From: Acidobacteriota bacterium | GTDB taxonomy: Bacteria > Acidobacteriota > UBA6911 > JACQSX01 | Direction of reading: 5' to 3' | Length of the DNA: 28,027 bases | Assembly (NCBI GenBank): GCA_036507075.1 | Contig: DASXQR010000067.1 | Span: 1-28,027 of the forward strand | Shown here: positions 8,337 through 16,845 of the stretch, piece by piece | Numbering within the stretch: position 1 is the first letter of the stretch | How the letters are laid out: every line of letters starts with the position of its first letter | Program-made: the position numbers and the translations under genes | Notes under the pieces: model-generated | What the model saw: the letters and a program-made list of their open reading frames with translations, nothing else | What the model was told of the DNA's origin: nothing | Database searches by the model: none

Positions 8337-9718
8337 GGTTTTCCAATTGGGCGGCAACCCGCCAGCAAAAGACAGGCGCCAAGAGCTTTCAGGTCGAAAG
8401 CACGTATCAGGAGTTCGCATGCAGCGCTTATAGGACGCGCGGCCGGAATAACCGCTGAAGCTATCAAGATGAGCAGCGGATCAAACGCTATCTGAAATCG
8501 AGGCGCGACGATGGTGAATGAGTGGAACAGGGTTGCTGCAATCAGAAACAGGTACACGACTGACAGTTCGCGCCAACGCTTCCTGAAAATCCATGTGCTC
8601 CAGGCGAAAACTGAGAGCAGCAGAATTCGAGGCCATCGATATAACTGGCTTAACGTCATCGGATTGGTTTCATCAAAAAGGATGAAATACTTGAGACGTC
8701 TAGCGCACAGTCTCAAGTAGCGCGCCGGATCCGCTGCGATGGCCTGCAAGATTTCCTCGCGGAACACTTCTATCTTGTCGATTTCGGCAAGGCGAATAAC
8801 CTTCTGGAGCATTGAATCGGGCATTTTGGAATTGATGTCGGTCACGCCATCTCGAGCCCGCCGCAGCCACTCCCGATGTGCCTTCAAATGCCAGGGAAAA
8901 GGAGGCGCTCCCATTTCCTCTCTGTTCGCGAAAACTTTATCGGTGCCTTCAGACGATGGATTGTTGCCCTGCCAGAACGCCAACCAGAAAGTCGACTTCA
9001 CGGGGACAAAGCGGTGGTGGACAATCCAGTTTCGTACCAGCCAGGGAGCCAAGATCGATCCAGTGATCAAGACAACGAGAGCGAAGCAGCGAAGGGATTC
9101 TTTGCGGCTTCCACGACCTTGCCACAAGATATACAAGACAGATGCCGGCATTAGAACCAGCAAGATAGGATCCACCAGCGCCGCGAAGCCGAAGATCCGT
9201 CCCATCCAGATCCAGCTCATTCGATTCGGCCGCCGGACGGAATCAAAGACGGCGGCCGCCGCAGCCACGATAAGAAAGGTCGAAAGCGACACAACCTGAA
9301 TCCGCGAGGGCGAAACCACCAGGGCGGGATAGCAGGCGCTGATGATGCCCGCCGCCCAACCGACGTTTGATGTGAAGAGAGTCGAACCGAGGCGTGCCAG
9401 TAGCGCACAGGAAGCAGAGGAAAACAGCGCCAGGACAGCCTGGCAGGTGAAATATGCGGCATCGCCTTCGCCGAAACCTCGAAAGCAGGCGCCCAGCAGG
9501 ACTGGAATAGCCGGAGCTTCCACGGAAGTGTATCCCCAGGTTCCCATGAAGTTCGTGATGAACCCGCGTCCCTGCGCCAGATTCTCTGCGATCTGGAGAT
9601 GTTCGTAAACAGCAGGATTCCTGAACTCAGAGAACAGCAGGATCATGGACAGGCGCAGTAGAAAGGCAACCAATCCAATGATCAACAACTGTAAAGCGGG
9701 CGAGCGCTGTTGCATCAT
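8312..9718 (-). CDS. GT-C fold membrane glycosyltransferase (ArnT/PMT-like)
   Basis: 'FLLRL...YEHLQIAENLAQGRGF', 'LAPWLVRNWIVHHRFVP..ST...FWQGNNP' and 'PRFQIAFDP'; multi-TM. Confidence 0.85.
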   Translation of the reverse strand: MMQQRSPALQLLIIGLVAFLLRLSMILLFSEFRNPAVYEHLQIAENLAQGRGFITNFMGTWGYTSVEAPAIPVLLGACFRGFGEGDAAYFTCQAVLALFSSASCALLARLGSTLFTSNVGWAAGIISACYPALVVSPSRIQVVSLSTFLIVAAAAAVFDSVRRPNRMSWIWMGRIFGFAALVDPILLVLMPASVLYILWQGRGSRKESLRCFALVVLITGSILAPWLVRNWIVHHRFVPVKSTFWLAFWQGNNPSSEGTDKVFANREEMGAPPFPWHLKAHREWLRRARDGVTDINSKMPDSMLQKVIRLAEIDKIEVFREEILQAIAADPARYLRLCARRLKYFILFDETNPMTLSQLYRWPRILLLSVFAWSTWIFRKRWRELSVVYLFLIAATLFHSFTIVAPRFQIAFDPLLILIASAVIPAARPISAACELLIRAFDLKALGACLLLAGCRPIGKPCQSRVSN

Positions 9719-9849
9719 CGCTCGATCTCTCAAAGTGGGCTGCGGTCCTCTGGCTGTCGCCGTTGCAAATGTAGTATTGTTAGATGACCTTTCGGCTAAG
9801 CGCCGCAGTTTTTATATTGGTTCGTGTTTTCCCTGTCAATCCCTGGACC

Positions 9850-10139
9850 GGAGGATCGATCATGACTCGCATCCCGCGCTGTTGAACGGGGGAAAGCAGA
9901 TTGCATTTCTGCGTTCCACGGCGAGCGATCCCCTGATGCCTTACCTGTCAACCCTGAACGGCTCTCAACTCAAACCGCTTGCTTCCCAGGCTCTTCCTGC
10001 AGACTTTCCGGCGGGGGAGCTGGGAGTGGAATTCGAGCAGTTGATCTTTCCGGACGAAGTGCATGACTTCCTTCGACACGAACACTGGCTCCAGGCCCAC
10101 CGCGCAGCGGCCGATTTTTTTGAGCGGCATCTGAAGTAG
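9850..10139 (+). pseudogene. Remnant of an S9 (prolyl oligopeptidase/acylaminoacyl peptidase) gene with an internal deletion
   Basis: 'IAFLRSTASDPLMPY...QALPADFPAGEL' resembles the propeller-to-catalytic-domain linker. It is joined directly to the terminal 'GVEFEQLIFPDEVHDFLRHEHWLQAHRAAADFFERHLK*' carrying the catalytic-His motif. There is no GxSxGG nucleophile and no credible start. Confidence 0.7.
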
Positions 10140-10143
10140 TTTT

Positions 10144-10200
10144 TTTGTGTCCTTGGTGTCTTTGTGGTTTGATTATTTTTCACCACCAAGGCACAAAGGA
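10144..10200. repeat. Back-to-back 9-mer repeat arms upstream of the flippase
   Basis: TTTGTGTCCTTGGTGTCTTTGTGGTT followed by CACCACCAAGGCACAAAGGA. Confidence 0.8.
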
Positions 10201-10203
10201 TGC

Positions 10204-11466
10204 ATGCTGCTAAATTCCATCGTCGGTCGCTCCATCCTTTATAAGCTTCTGGCGGATGTAGCCGGGAGAGTCACTTCTTTCCTGGTTGTCGTGACCGTCG
10301 CGCACCGCCTGGGCACGCGCGCCACGGGAATCTATGCCCTGGCCTTTTCGCTCGGAGCCTACATCACGGTTTTCTCCGACCTGGGCATGCACCTGTTTTT
10401 GACCCGCGAAATTGCCGCTGGTCGGAGCGCCGCGGAGCGGCTGATCGGCTCGCTCTTCCTGCTTAAAATCGCAATTAATGCGGCTGTTGGAGTTGCTGTA
10501 TCGGCAGCGATTCTATTTTTTCTGCCCTGGGACGAAGAGACCCGGATGGTGCTGATCATAGCCTGGGCCACTTTATGTTACAGCTTCGTGGAATTTCTCA
10601 CGGCAGTGTTGCGTGGATACAACGCCATCATCGAAGAGACGAGTCTGGTATTGATTTTTCGCCTGGCGCGCACTGCGGTCGGAATCGCGATGATCTGGAT
10701 CTTCAAAGACCTGATTTCGTTTGCGCTTGCAGTGGCCCTGTTGACGGTGCTGGCCGCCGCCGGTTCGTCCTGGTACGTCGTCCGGCGCTGGGGATTGCCG
10801 CAGTTCTCCTTTTCCTGGAAGGAGGTGAAACATTGGGTGGGGGAATATCTGCCTATCGGCGCCGGGCTGGTGATCACGCTGCTTTACTGGCGGTCCGATG
10901 TGTTTTTGATACGGTTCTTTCTTACGCCGGTGGAAGTGGGCTTGTATGACGCTGCCTACCGGGCGTTTGATGCTGTTCAGGTATTTCCCGCCATTACGCT
11001 GGCTGTGCTGTATCCGAGATTTGCCGCGCCGGGAGGTCTGCGCTATTTCTGGCATGCAGTTCGCGGCCTGGAGATTCTTGCTTTATCGCTCATGGCGTCC
11101 GTGTTTTTCGGCGGCGAGCTCTTCCTGCGGCTGGCTTACGGAAGAGCCTTTGAAGCATCAGCGCCAATATTGAAAATCCTGTTTCTCGCTTTGCCGCTCA
11201 TGTTTGCCAATGCGATTCTGATCAATTACCTGATCGCCAACCGGCGTCAGGGAACCTATGTGCTGGCGGCCAGTCTTGCATTCCTGTTTAAAGCAAGCAT
11301 CAATCTCTGGGCGATACCGAAGTTCGGGATTTCGGCAGCCGCCGTCGCCGCGGTACTGACTGAATTTGTGATCCTGGCCGTCTGCCTCGCAGGCTTTCTT
11401 GTTCACCACAAAGACACAAAAACCGGTCAGTACCGCGGGGGCGTCAGCCCGCGGCGCACGAATTGA
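10204..11466 (+). CDS. wzx: Wzx-type oligosaccharide flippase (MOP superfamily)
   Basis: About 12 hydrophobic segments; 'SDLGMHLFLTREIA', 'LYWRSDVFLI...EVGLYDAAYR' and 'NLWAIPKFGISAAAVA'. Start set at ATG 10204; the C-terminal tail is repeat-derived. Confidence 0.9.
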   Translation: MLLNSIVGRSILYKLLADVAGRVTSFLVVVTVAHRLGTRATGIYALAFSLGAYITVFSDLGMHLFLTREIAAGRSAAERLIGSLFLLKIAINAAVGVAVSAAILFFLPWDEETRMVLIIAWATLCYSFVEFLTAVLRGYNAIIEETSLVLIFRLARTAVGIAMIWIFKDLISFALAVALLTVLAAAGSSWYVVRRWGLPQFSFSWKEVKHWVGEYLPIGAGLVITLLYWRSDVFLIRFFLTPVEVGLYDAAYRAFDAVQVFPAITLAVLYPRFAAPGGLRYFWHAVRGLEILALSLMASVFFGGELFLRLAYGRAFEASAPILKILFLALPLMFANAILINYLIANRRQGTYVLAASLAFLFKASINLWAIPKFGISAAAVAAVLTEFVILAVCLAGFLVHHKDTKTGQYRGGVSPRRTN

Positions 11467-11577
11467 CCGGACCGAGACTTGAGCTCGGCACTGAAGGGGC
11501 AGCGAAGACAGCGATAGGCGCGCCGCGGGCTCACGCCCCCGCGGTACTGGCACAGTCTTGGCGTCTTCGTGTTGAAC
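11401..11577. repeat. Nested palindromic element between convergent genes
   Basis: Inner 30-bp IR CAGTACCGCGGGGGCGT(C/G)AGCCCGCGGCGC at 11428-11457 / 11520-11549 (1 mismatch). Outer 9-mer-family arms at 11401-11423 / 11555-11577. Confidence 0.88.
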
Positions 11578-11601
11578 AAGTTCTTACTCGAATTCGTGCA
11601 G

Positions 11602-14349
11602 CTAAGATTTAGGCCGTTTCCGATAAATCCGAATCTCCGGATGACTGTATTTCCAGTCGTGCGGCGCGCCCCATTGCGGAAAAGCGAATTTCCAGAACTG
11701 CGGGTTCCTCCTGAAATCCGCGACCAGCACGTAGTGGCGTGAAAGCGTCTCCAGGAATTCGGCAGGGAAATCAAAAGTCGGAAGGTTATCCAGCAGTACA
11801 TAATCCGGGAAGAAAGGTTTTCCCTCCTTCAAAAAGAATTGTCCGAAGTCCGCCATTCGGCTCTGTGTATAAAAATCCGTGACCCGGTACTGCTGCGGAT
11901 TGATCACCGGGATTTTGGGCCAGCCTTTGATCAAGCTGGCGCCAGGGGGGACGTGTTGGTCAATCCAGCGGTGCGCTTGGTTCACAGTGTGTTCCCGGGT
12001 CAGGATTCCGACATGCAGGAAACTGATAAAGCCGGTTGCTGAAATCAGACACGCCGACACCAGCCGTCCCCACCGCCGCCGGGCAAGAAGAGAGAGGAAA
12101 TGGCCCAGCGGCAGCGCTCCCAATACAATTACCGGCAGCATATAGCGAAGCATCGGCTGGCGAATCAGCAAGGCGGAAACAAAAAACGACAGCACAGCGA
12201 CAAAAAGAAGCAGGCGAAACAGGTGTTGGAGAATATTGTAGCGCCGGCCTCCGGCCGGCAATTCTGCTGAACCGGGCTCTCGAATTCCCGGCCGGAGGCC
12301 GGCGCTGCAACGTCCTTGCTTCCCTTGTCCCCGCATCGCGCGTTGGAAGAAAAAATAGCTGCAAAGAGCTGCCATCGTCGCCAGCGCCAGCGGGACACCG
12401 ATGCCGAACAGGGCCAGATTTTTCAATTGCAAACCGATCAGTTCAAACCATGGAGGAACTGCGCCTGGCGGAAGATTCACCGTGTTCAGGAAATTCTGCC
12501 GTACTGCTTCCCCAAATTCCTTTCCGTGGATGAAAGCGTAAGGCTCTCCTGCGGCAAACCCTATGATCATTCCTGCATAGGTCCAGGCTTTCTTTGCCCA
12601 GGAGTGATTCGCCTGCAAAAAATGAGCCAGGAGAATCACCGGAAACAGGAAGACCGCATTGTATTTGGCTGTGACGGCCAAACCGAAGGCAATGCCGCTC
12701 AGCAGAAAAGCGCCGCGGTTTCCCTTCTCCAGACTTGAAACCAGAAAATAGAACGCCAGCAGCAGAAAGAAAGTCATGTTGATGTCGGGCGTCAGGTAGT
12801 GAGAATTGACTACGTGCAGAGGAATCAGCGCAAGCGTGAGCGCCGCCCAGATTCCCGATCGCTCGCTCCATAGCTTCTTCCCGATAGCATAGGCGAGAAG
12901 AATGGAGCCGCTCCCGAGTATGGCGGAAGTGGCGCGGGCGGCCACAAAGAGCCAGGTGTACTGGCCGGGCCGAAATTCCAGAAAGCACTGGCGCCAGGGA
13001 GTAGAAACCAGGCCCACAAACTGGGCAGCCAGCAGCGCGGCTTCTATCAGGTAATACTGAAGCGTTCCCCAGTGAAAATCGGAGACGTAAAAGTCAAGAG
13101 CCCGCGGCCGTATCCGGGTCAGGTTCCAGAGGAATTTGTCTTCATCCATGTGAAATGAGACCCGCAGGTTTGGAGCCGCCCTGGCAGTTGCGGCGTCATA
13201 CTGCGGAATACCCCAGTTCAAACCGGCCAGGCGCAGGCCCAGGGCCAACAGGAAAATGCCGGCCAGGAGAACCCCATTGCGGGTTGTAATCGACGATCGC
13301 GCGGCTTGGGACAGAAGGCCGATCAGACCGAGCATAAAAATGAAAAAGGTGAGGTAGTACGCGCGGAGGTCCCGGTGAGGCTCAGGCAGGATGGCAAGTT
13401 TGTAGGGTCCGTTGCCCAGGGCTATTCGCCGGATGATTTTGAGCTGCGCTGCGTCCAGAACTGAGATCTGTCGATCTCCCGCGCTGACTGCGACGATCCA
13501 TTCCCCGTCGGGATCCGCGGCAACTCCGAAAGTTTTTGGGCCGATCGGTACCTCGGCCACCGGAGCGCGCCTGGAAAGGTCGATCACCGAAATAGTGCCG
13601 GATTTGAAATTTCCGGTGTAAAGCCGCTTTCCATCAGGTGCGGCCGCAACTGACACGGGGCCATGAGAGCGACTGGATGAAGATGGGAGTGCCACTGGGA
13701 TTTCCGCCGCCACATTTCGCTCTGATGCAGCTATTACCGAGACCGAATCGCTCCCAAAATTTGCGACGTAGAGCCACCGCCCGTCCCGGCTGATGGCAAG
13801 GCCCTGTGGCACCAACCCTACGGGAATCGAAGCAATGGATTGTTCGCGCCGCAAATCGACCAGAAAAACATTATTGCTTCCTTCGTTTGCCACATAGGCA
13901 TGCCGGCCGTCCGGAGAGACCAGAATGCCGGCCGGGCCGCGTCCCGCCGGAACTCGCGCCACTGCAGCGTTACTTGCCGCAGCGATCACCGCAATATCGT
14001 TGGAGTGTTCATTTGTCACATAAACATAGCTTCCATCCGGGCTGACGGCCACCCAGACAGGCAGTTGCGTATCCAGACGGATGTTCCGCAGCAATCTATG
14101 ACTGGAAGTATCGACGACCGAAACTTGGCCGGATTGAGTGTTTGCGACATAGACTCTGCCTGCATCAGGGGAGAAGGCGAGACCGAAAGGTTCTTTTCCC
14201 ACCGGTATGGTTGCGATGACTTTGCCTTTATGTATGTCGACCACCGCCACCGTATTGGACGTGCTGTTGGTCACGTAAACAAGGGAAGCCGGGAAGACGG
14301 CAGGGCTGGAAAAGAGCAGGAAGAAAACCAGCAAGAAAGCAGGCCGCAA
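11602..14349 (-). CDS. Fusion: signal peptide + YVTN/YncE seven-bladed beta-propeller + GT-C (PMT/ArnT-like) glycosyltransferase
   Basis: TTG 14349 gives the signal peptide MRPAFLLVFFLLFSSPAVFPA. Blades YVTNS, YVANT, YVTNE, YVANE, YVANF, YTGNF plus one degenerate blade. Then 'LGLRLAGLNWGIP...FHMDE', 'HVVNSHYLTPD' and 'GLAVTAKYN'. The ORF-track extension to 14727 runs through a repeat. Confidence 0.85.
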   Translation of the reverse strand: MRPAFLLVFFLLFSSPAVFPASLVYVTNSTSNTVAVVDIHKGKVIATIPVGKEPFGLAFSPDAGRVYVANTQSGQVSVVDTSSHRLLRNIRLDTQLPVWVAVSPDGSYVYVTNEHSNDIAVIAAASNAAVARVPAGRGPAGILVSPDGRHAYVANEGSNNVFLVDLRREQSIASIPVGLVPQGLAISRDGRWLYVANFGSDSVSVIAASERNVAAEIPVALPSSSSRSHGPVSVAAAPDGKRLYTGNFKSGTISVIDLSRRAPVAEVPIGPKTFGVAADPDGEWIVAVSAGDRQISVLDAAQLKIIRRIALGNGPYKLAILPEPHRDLRAYYLTFFIFMLGLIGLLSQAARSSITTRNGVLLAGIFLLALGLRLAGLNWGIPQYDAATARAAPNLRVSFHMDEDKFLWNLTRIRPRALDFYVSDFHWGTLQYYLIEAALLAAQFVGLVSTPWRQCFLEFRPGQYTWLFVAARATSAILGSGSILLAYAIGKKLWSERSGIWAALTLALIPLHVVNSHYLTPDINMTFFLLLAFYFLVSSLEKGNRGAFLLSGIAFGLAVTAKYNAVFLFPVILLAHFLQANHSWAKKAWTYAGMIIGFAAGEPYAFIHGKEFGEAVRQNFLNTVNLPPGAVPPWFELIGLQLKNLALFGIGVPLALATMAALCSYFFFQRAMRGQGKQGRCSAGLRPGIREPGSAELPAGGRRYNILQHLFRLLLFVAVLSFFVSALLIRQPMLRYMLPVIVLGALPLGHFLSLLARRRWGRLVSACLISATGFISFLHVGILTREHTVNQAHRWIDQHVPPGASLIKGWPKIPVINPQQYRVTDFYTQSRMADFGQFFLKEGKPFFPDYVLLDNLPTFDFPAEFLETLSRHYVLVADFRRNPQFWKFAFPQWGAPHDWKYSHPEIRIYRKRPKS
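12236..12310. repeat. REP-like palindrome lying in frame inside the propeller-GT-C gene
   Basis: TTGTAGCGCCGGCCTCCGGCCGGCAATT / AATTCCCGGCCGGAGGCCGGCGCTGCAA (26/28 match); GTAG-type end; 75 bp. Confidence 0.85.
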
Positions 14350-14353
14350 CCAA

Positions 14354-14525
14354 AAAGCCGTGCACGTCCACGAGCACGTGCACGTCAACGACCACGTCTC
14401 AGGTCCACGAACACGACAACATACAGGCAGCTCCTCAGTTTTGCGCAGTCTGTGACGAACCGAGCGAAGTCGTAAACGTAATCGTGGACGTTGACGTGCA
14501 CGTGCTCGTGGATGTAGGCGGCTTT
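14354..14525. repeat. Inverted element with hexamer (CACGTG/CACGTC/CACGAG) repeat arms
   Basis: 43-bp arms AAAGCCG...CACGAGCACGTGCACGTCAACG.CCACG at 14354-14396 / 14483-14525 (38/43 match). Confidence 0.85.
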
Positions 14526-14641
14526 GAAAAACTTTGCCAAAAAAACAAGGAGTTGCCAACTTGTTACATAGTTCGCATCTGCCTGGGCTTGACTGGTTGA
14601 AGCGCATATTGCATCGTGATCGTGCCATTCTAGCCCGGATT

Positions 14642-16339
14642 ATGCGCTCACGAATCTCTGTCAGCCAGTCAAAGCTGGTACTGTCGGCACTGGCGGTGCT
14701 GATCCTGTCGTTGCCCTTTGAGCGCATTCTGTTTCACGCCGGCCCTTTCTCGGTCTCCAGTATTGAACTCTGTGCTTTTCTCTTTCTCGCATCCGTTTGG
14801 ATTGCGAACTGTTTTGACAGGCAGATCTTACGTGAAAGGGTCTGGGCGAGCGCCGTCTGCTTCATTCTTGCGCTATTTCTGAGCGCGTTTCTGCAGAAAA
14901 CATACCGCGTCAATGCCTTGAAGTTCTCGCTCCGTATGTTGGCGGGAATCTTTCTTGCCTGGTCGATCGCGTCGCTGGTTCGGCGGGACGGACGCTGGAG
15001 GGAAAACTTACTGGCGCTCTTCGCCGTTACCGGCGGTCTGGCTGCTTTGCTCGGACTGCTGGAATGGCGCCTTTCTCCGGACGCCACCGCCTGGTCCTGG
15101 TTGTTCAGAGGCCCGCCTCATTGGATCGGCGGTCTGAAGCGGCTTACCGGCACTTTTGAATATCCCAACACGGCCGCCAGCTTCTTTTTGTTTTCACTGG
15201 CTGCTTCCATCAGCCTGGGTTTGTCAGGCAAGAAGTTTTTTCGTATCGTCTCTTTTATTCTTGTGCTTGCTTTGGTGTTGACCTGCTCGCGCGGCGCGCT
15301 GATCGCGGGCGCAACGTCCCTGCTTCTAGTCGCCTTTTCAAGGCGCGACACGGAAAAGCGGCGCGAAATGATCGCCTGGGCCTGTTTGCTGGGTGCGATG
15401 TACGGCCTGGCATTGTGGTTTATGCCCAGGTTGACGCATCGTTTAACGTCGGAAAATGACACCAGATGGTTGGGGGCCCGCTACGAAGTTCTGTCGTTTC
15501 CGCCGTCGCTGGCGCCGGATCGGATTTACCGCATCCCGATGCGGCTGCAAAATGAGGGCACCGCCGCCTGGGACGATAGTCTGCCGTTTCGCCTCTCTTA
15601 TCACTGGTACGACGCCGGGACGCTGCAGGTGGTGGTCCGGGACGGATTGCGCACCCGTTTCCAGTCGACAATCCCACCCGGCGGCAGCGTTACCGTCAAT
15701 GCATTAGTGAAGACCCCAGCGCGCTCCGGGGATTTTATTCTTGCCTTTGATATGGTGCAGGAGCGGTTCGCCTGGTTCAGTGAAAGGGGTGTGGCGCCTG
15801 ACTTGATTCGATGCAAGATTGGCCCTGCGACAGAGTCTCCTCCTGTGAGAGATCTGGGCGAGACGTTGTCCGGGGTGATGGACCGAAGCTTCACCGTGAC
15901 CACGCGCTTTGATCTGTGGCAAGCGGCATGGCGGTTGTTTCTACAGCACAAATGGATTGGCGTCGGTCCGGACAATTACCGATTCCACTACGAAAGAGCA
16001 CTCGGACGGCCGACACGATTTACTGCGATGTACGCCAACAATCTCTTTCTTGAAATACTTGCCGACACGGGCTTGCTCGGCTTTGGAGCTTTGGCGGTTT
16101 TTCTGTACCTGCTGCTGCGACGATTGAGGGATTCCGAACTGAGCGCGCAAATTGCTCTGTACGCCTTTTTTGTCCACGGAATGGTTGACTACTTTCTGGA
16201 GTTTTCGGCTATTTATATTCCGTTTTGGATCTACATCGGCATGATGGCCGGCCGGGATGTGCATCCCTCCATCCCTCCGTCCCTCCATTCCTCCATTCCT
16301 GTCTCTGTGGTGAAAATTCCAGGTGACAATTTCCGCTAA
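14642..16339 (+). CDS. O-antigen ligase / O-oligosaccharyltransferase-like protein (Wzy_C) with an inserted Ig-like domain
   Basis: 'RLTGTFEYPNTAASF', 'LTCSRGALIA', 'RFDLWQAAWRLFLQHKWIGVGPDNY' and 'NNLFLEILADTGLLG'. A soluble beta-rich insert 'LQNEGTAAW...LSYHWYD...DMVQERFAWFS' lies between them. Start set at ATG 14642. Confidence 0.88.
   Translation: MRSRISVSQSKLVLSALAVLILSLPFERILFHAGPFSVSSIELCAFLFLASVWIANCFDRQILRERVWASAVCFILALFLSAFLQKTYRVNALKFSLRMLAGIFLAWSIASLVRRDGRWRENLLALFAVTGGLAALLGLLEWRLSPDATAWSWLFRGPPHWIGGLKRLTGTFEYPNTAASFFLFSLAASISLGLSGKKFFRIVSFILVLALVLTCSRGALIAGATSLLLVAFSRRDTEKRREMIAWACLLGAMYGLALWFMPRLTHRLTSENDTRWLGARYEVLSFPPSLAPDRIYRIPMRLQNEGTAAWDDSLPFRLSYHWYDAGTLQVVVRDGLRTRFQSTIPPGGSVTVNALVKTPARSGDFILAFDMVQERFAWFSERGVAPDLIRCKIGPATESPPVRDLGETLSGVMDRSFTVTTRFDLWQAAWRLFLQHKWIGVGPDNYRFHYERALGRPTRFTAMYANNLFLEILADTGLLGFGALAVFLYLLLRRLRDSELSAQIALYAFFVHGMVDYFLEFSAIYIPFWIYIGMMAGRDVHPSIPPSLHSSIPVSVVKIPGDNFR
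16262..16300. repeat. Octamer tandem repeat (CATCCCTC/CATTCCTC) in the ligase 3' end
   Basis: CATCCCTC CATCCCTC CGTCCCTC CATTCCTC CATTCCT, translated as HPSIPPSLHSSIP. Confidence 0.8.
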
Positions 16340-16356
16340 CTTTAGTTTCCAAACAA

Positions 16357-16460
16357 ATGCGAATCGGGATTGATGCCAGCATGCTTCATGGCGAGAAGTC
16401 AGGCGTGGCGACTTACACCGAGGAATTAACCGATGGAGATTTATCGTGGAGCAGCGGGCA
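16357..16460 (+). pseudogene. Collapsed GT4 glycosyltransferase remnant
   Basis: MRIGIDASMLHGEKSGVATYTEELTDG is a typical GT4 N-terminus. It is followed in another frame by 'EIYRGAA', which resembles a GT4 C-terminal helix, and then by repeats. Confidence 0.7.
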
Positions 16461-16845
16461 GCAGGCAGGAGGCAGGAGGCAGGAGGCAGGAGGCAGCAGG
16501 CAGCAGAGGCCGTTGGCACGCACTGGTTTGCGACGGCCCTAACCCAAGATGATCTTCACCAAGAAACGCTAATTTCATTCGATGATACCGGTCGATTTCC
16601 CATAAACCTCACTGACCAAGGCAAAGAAAGGTTCAAATCCAGCCGGCCAGAGAAGATCATAACGGAACGAGAAAACTGATCTGTTTGAGCAGCAACTGAT
16701 GCTCTAGTGACTAATGACCAATGACGAATGACCAATGACTACCAACGACGAATGACCAATGACGAATGACCATAGAGGGTCCGCTTGCTGACGCGCGCGG
16801 TTCGGTTAGTCTGCCTATTGCCTCCTGCCTACTGCCTGCTGCTCC
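16448..16845. repeat. Composite element with heptamer-repeat inverted arms
   Basis: GGAGCAGC(GGCAGGA/GGCAGCA)n at 16448-16506 versus its complement at 16811-16845. It encloses a unique ~200-bp segment, an (AATGACC/AATGACG)n array at 16708-16772 and a REP half at 16781-16805. Confidence 0.85.

Noticed and set aside
14350..14727. 126-aa N-terminal extension of the propeller-GT ORF
   Set aside because: It runs through a DNA repeat and overlaps the divergent gene; a clean signal peptide starts at 14349.
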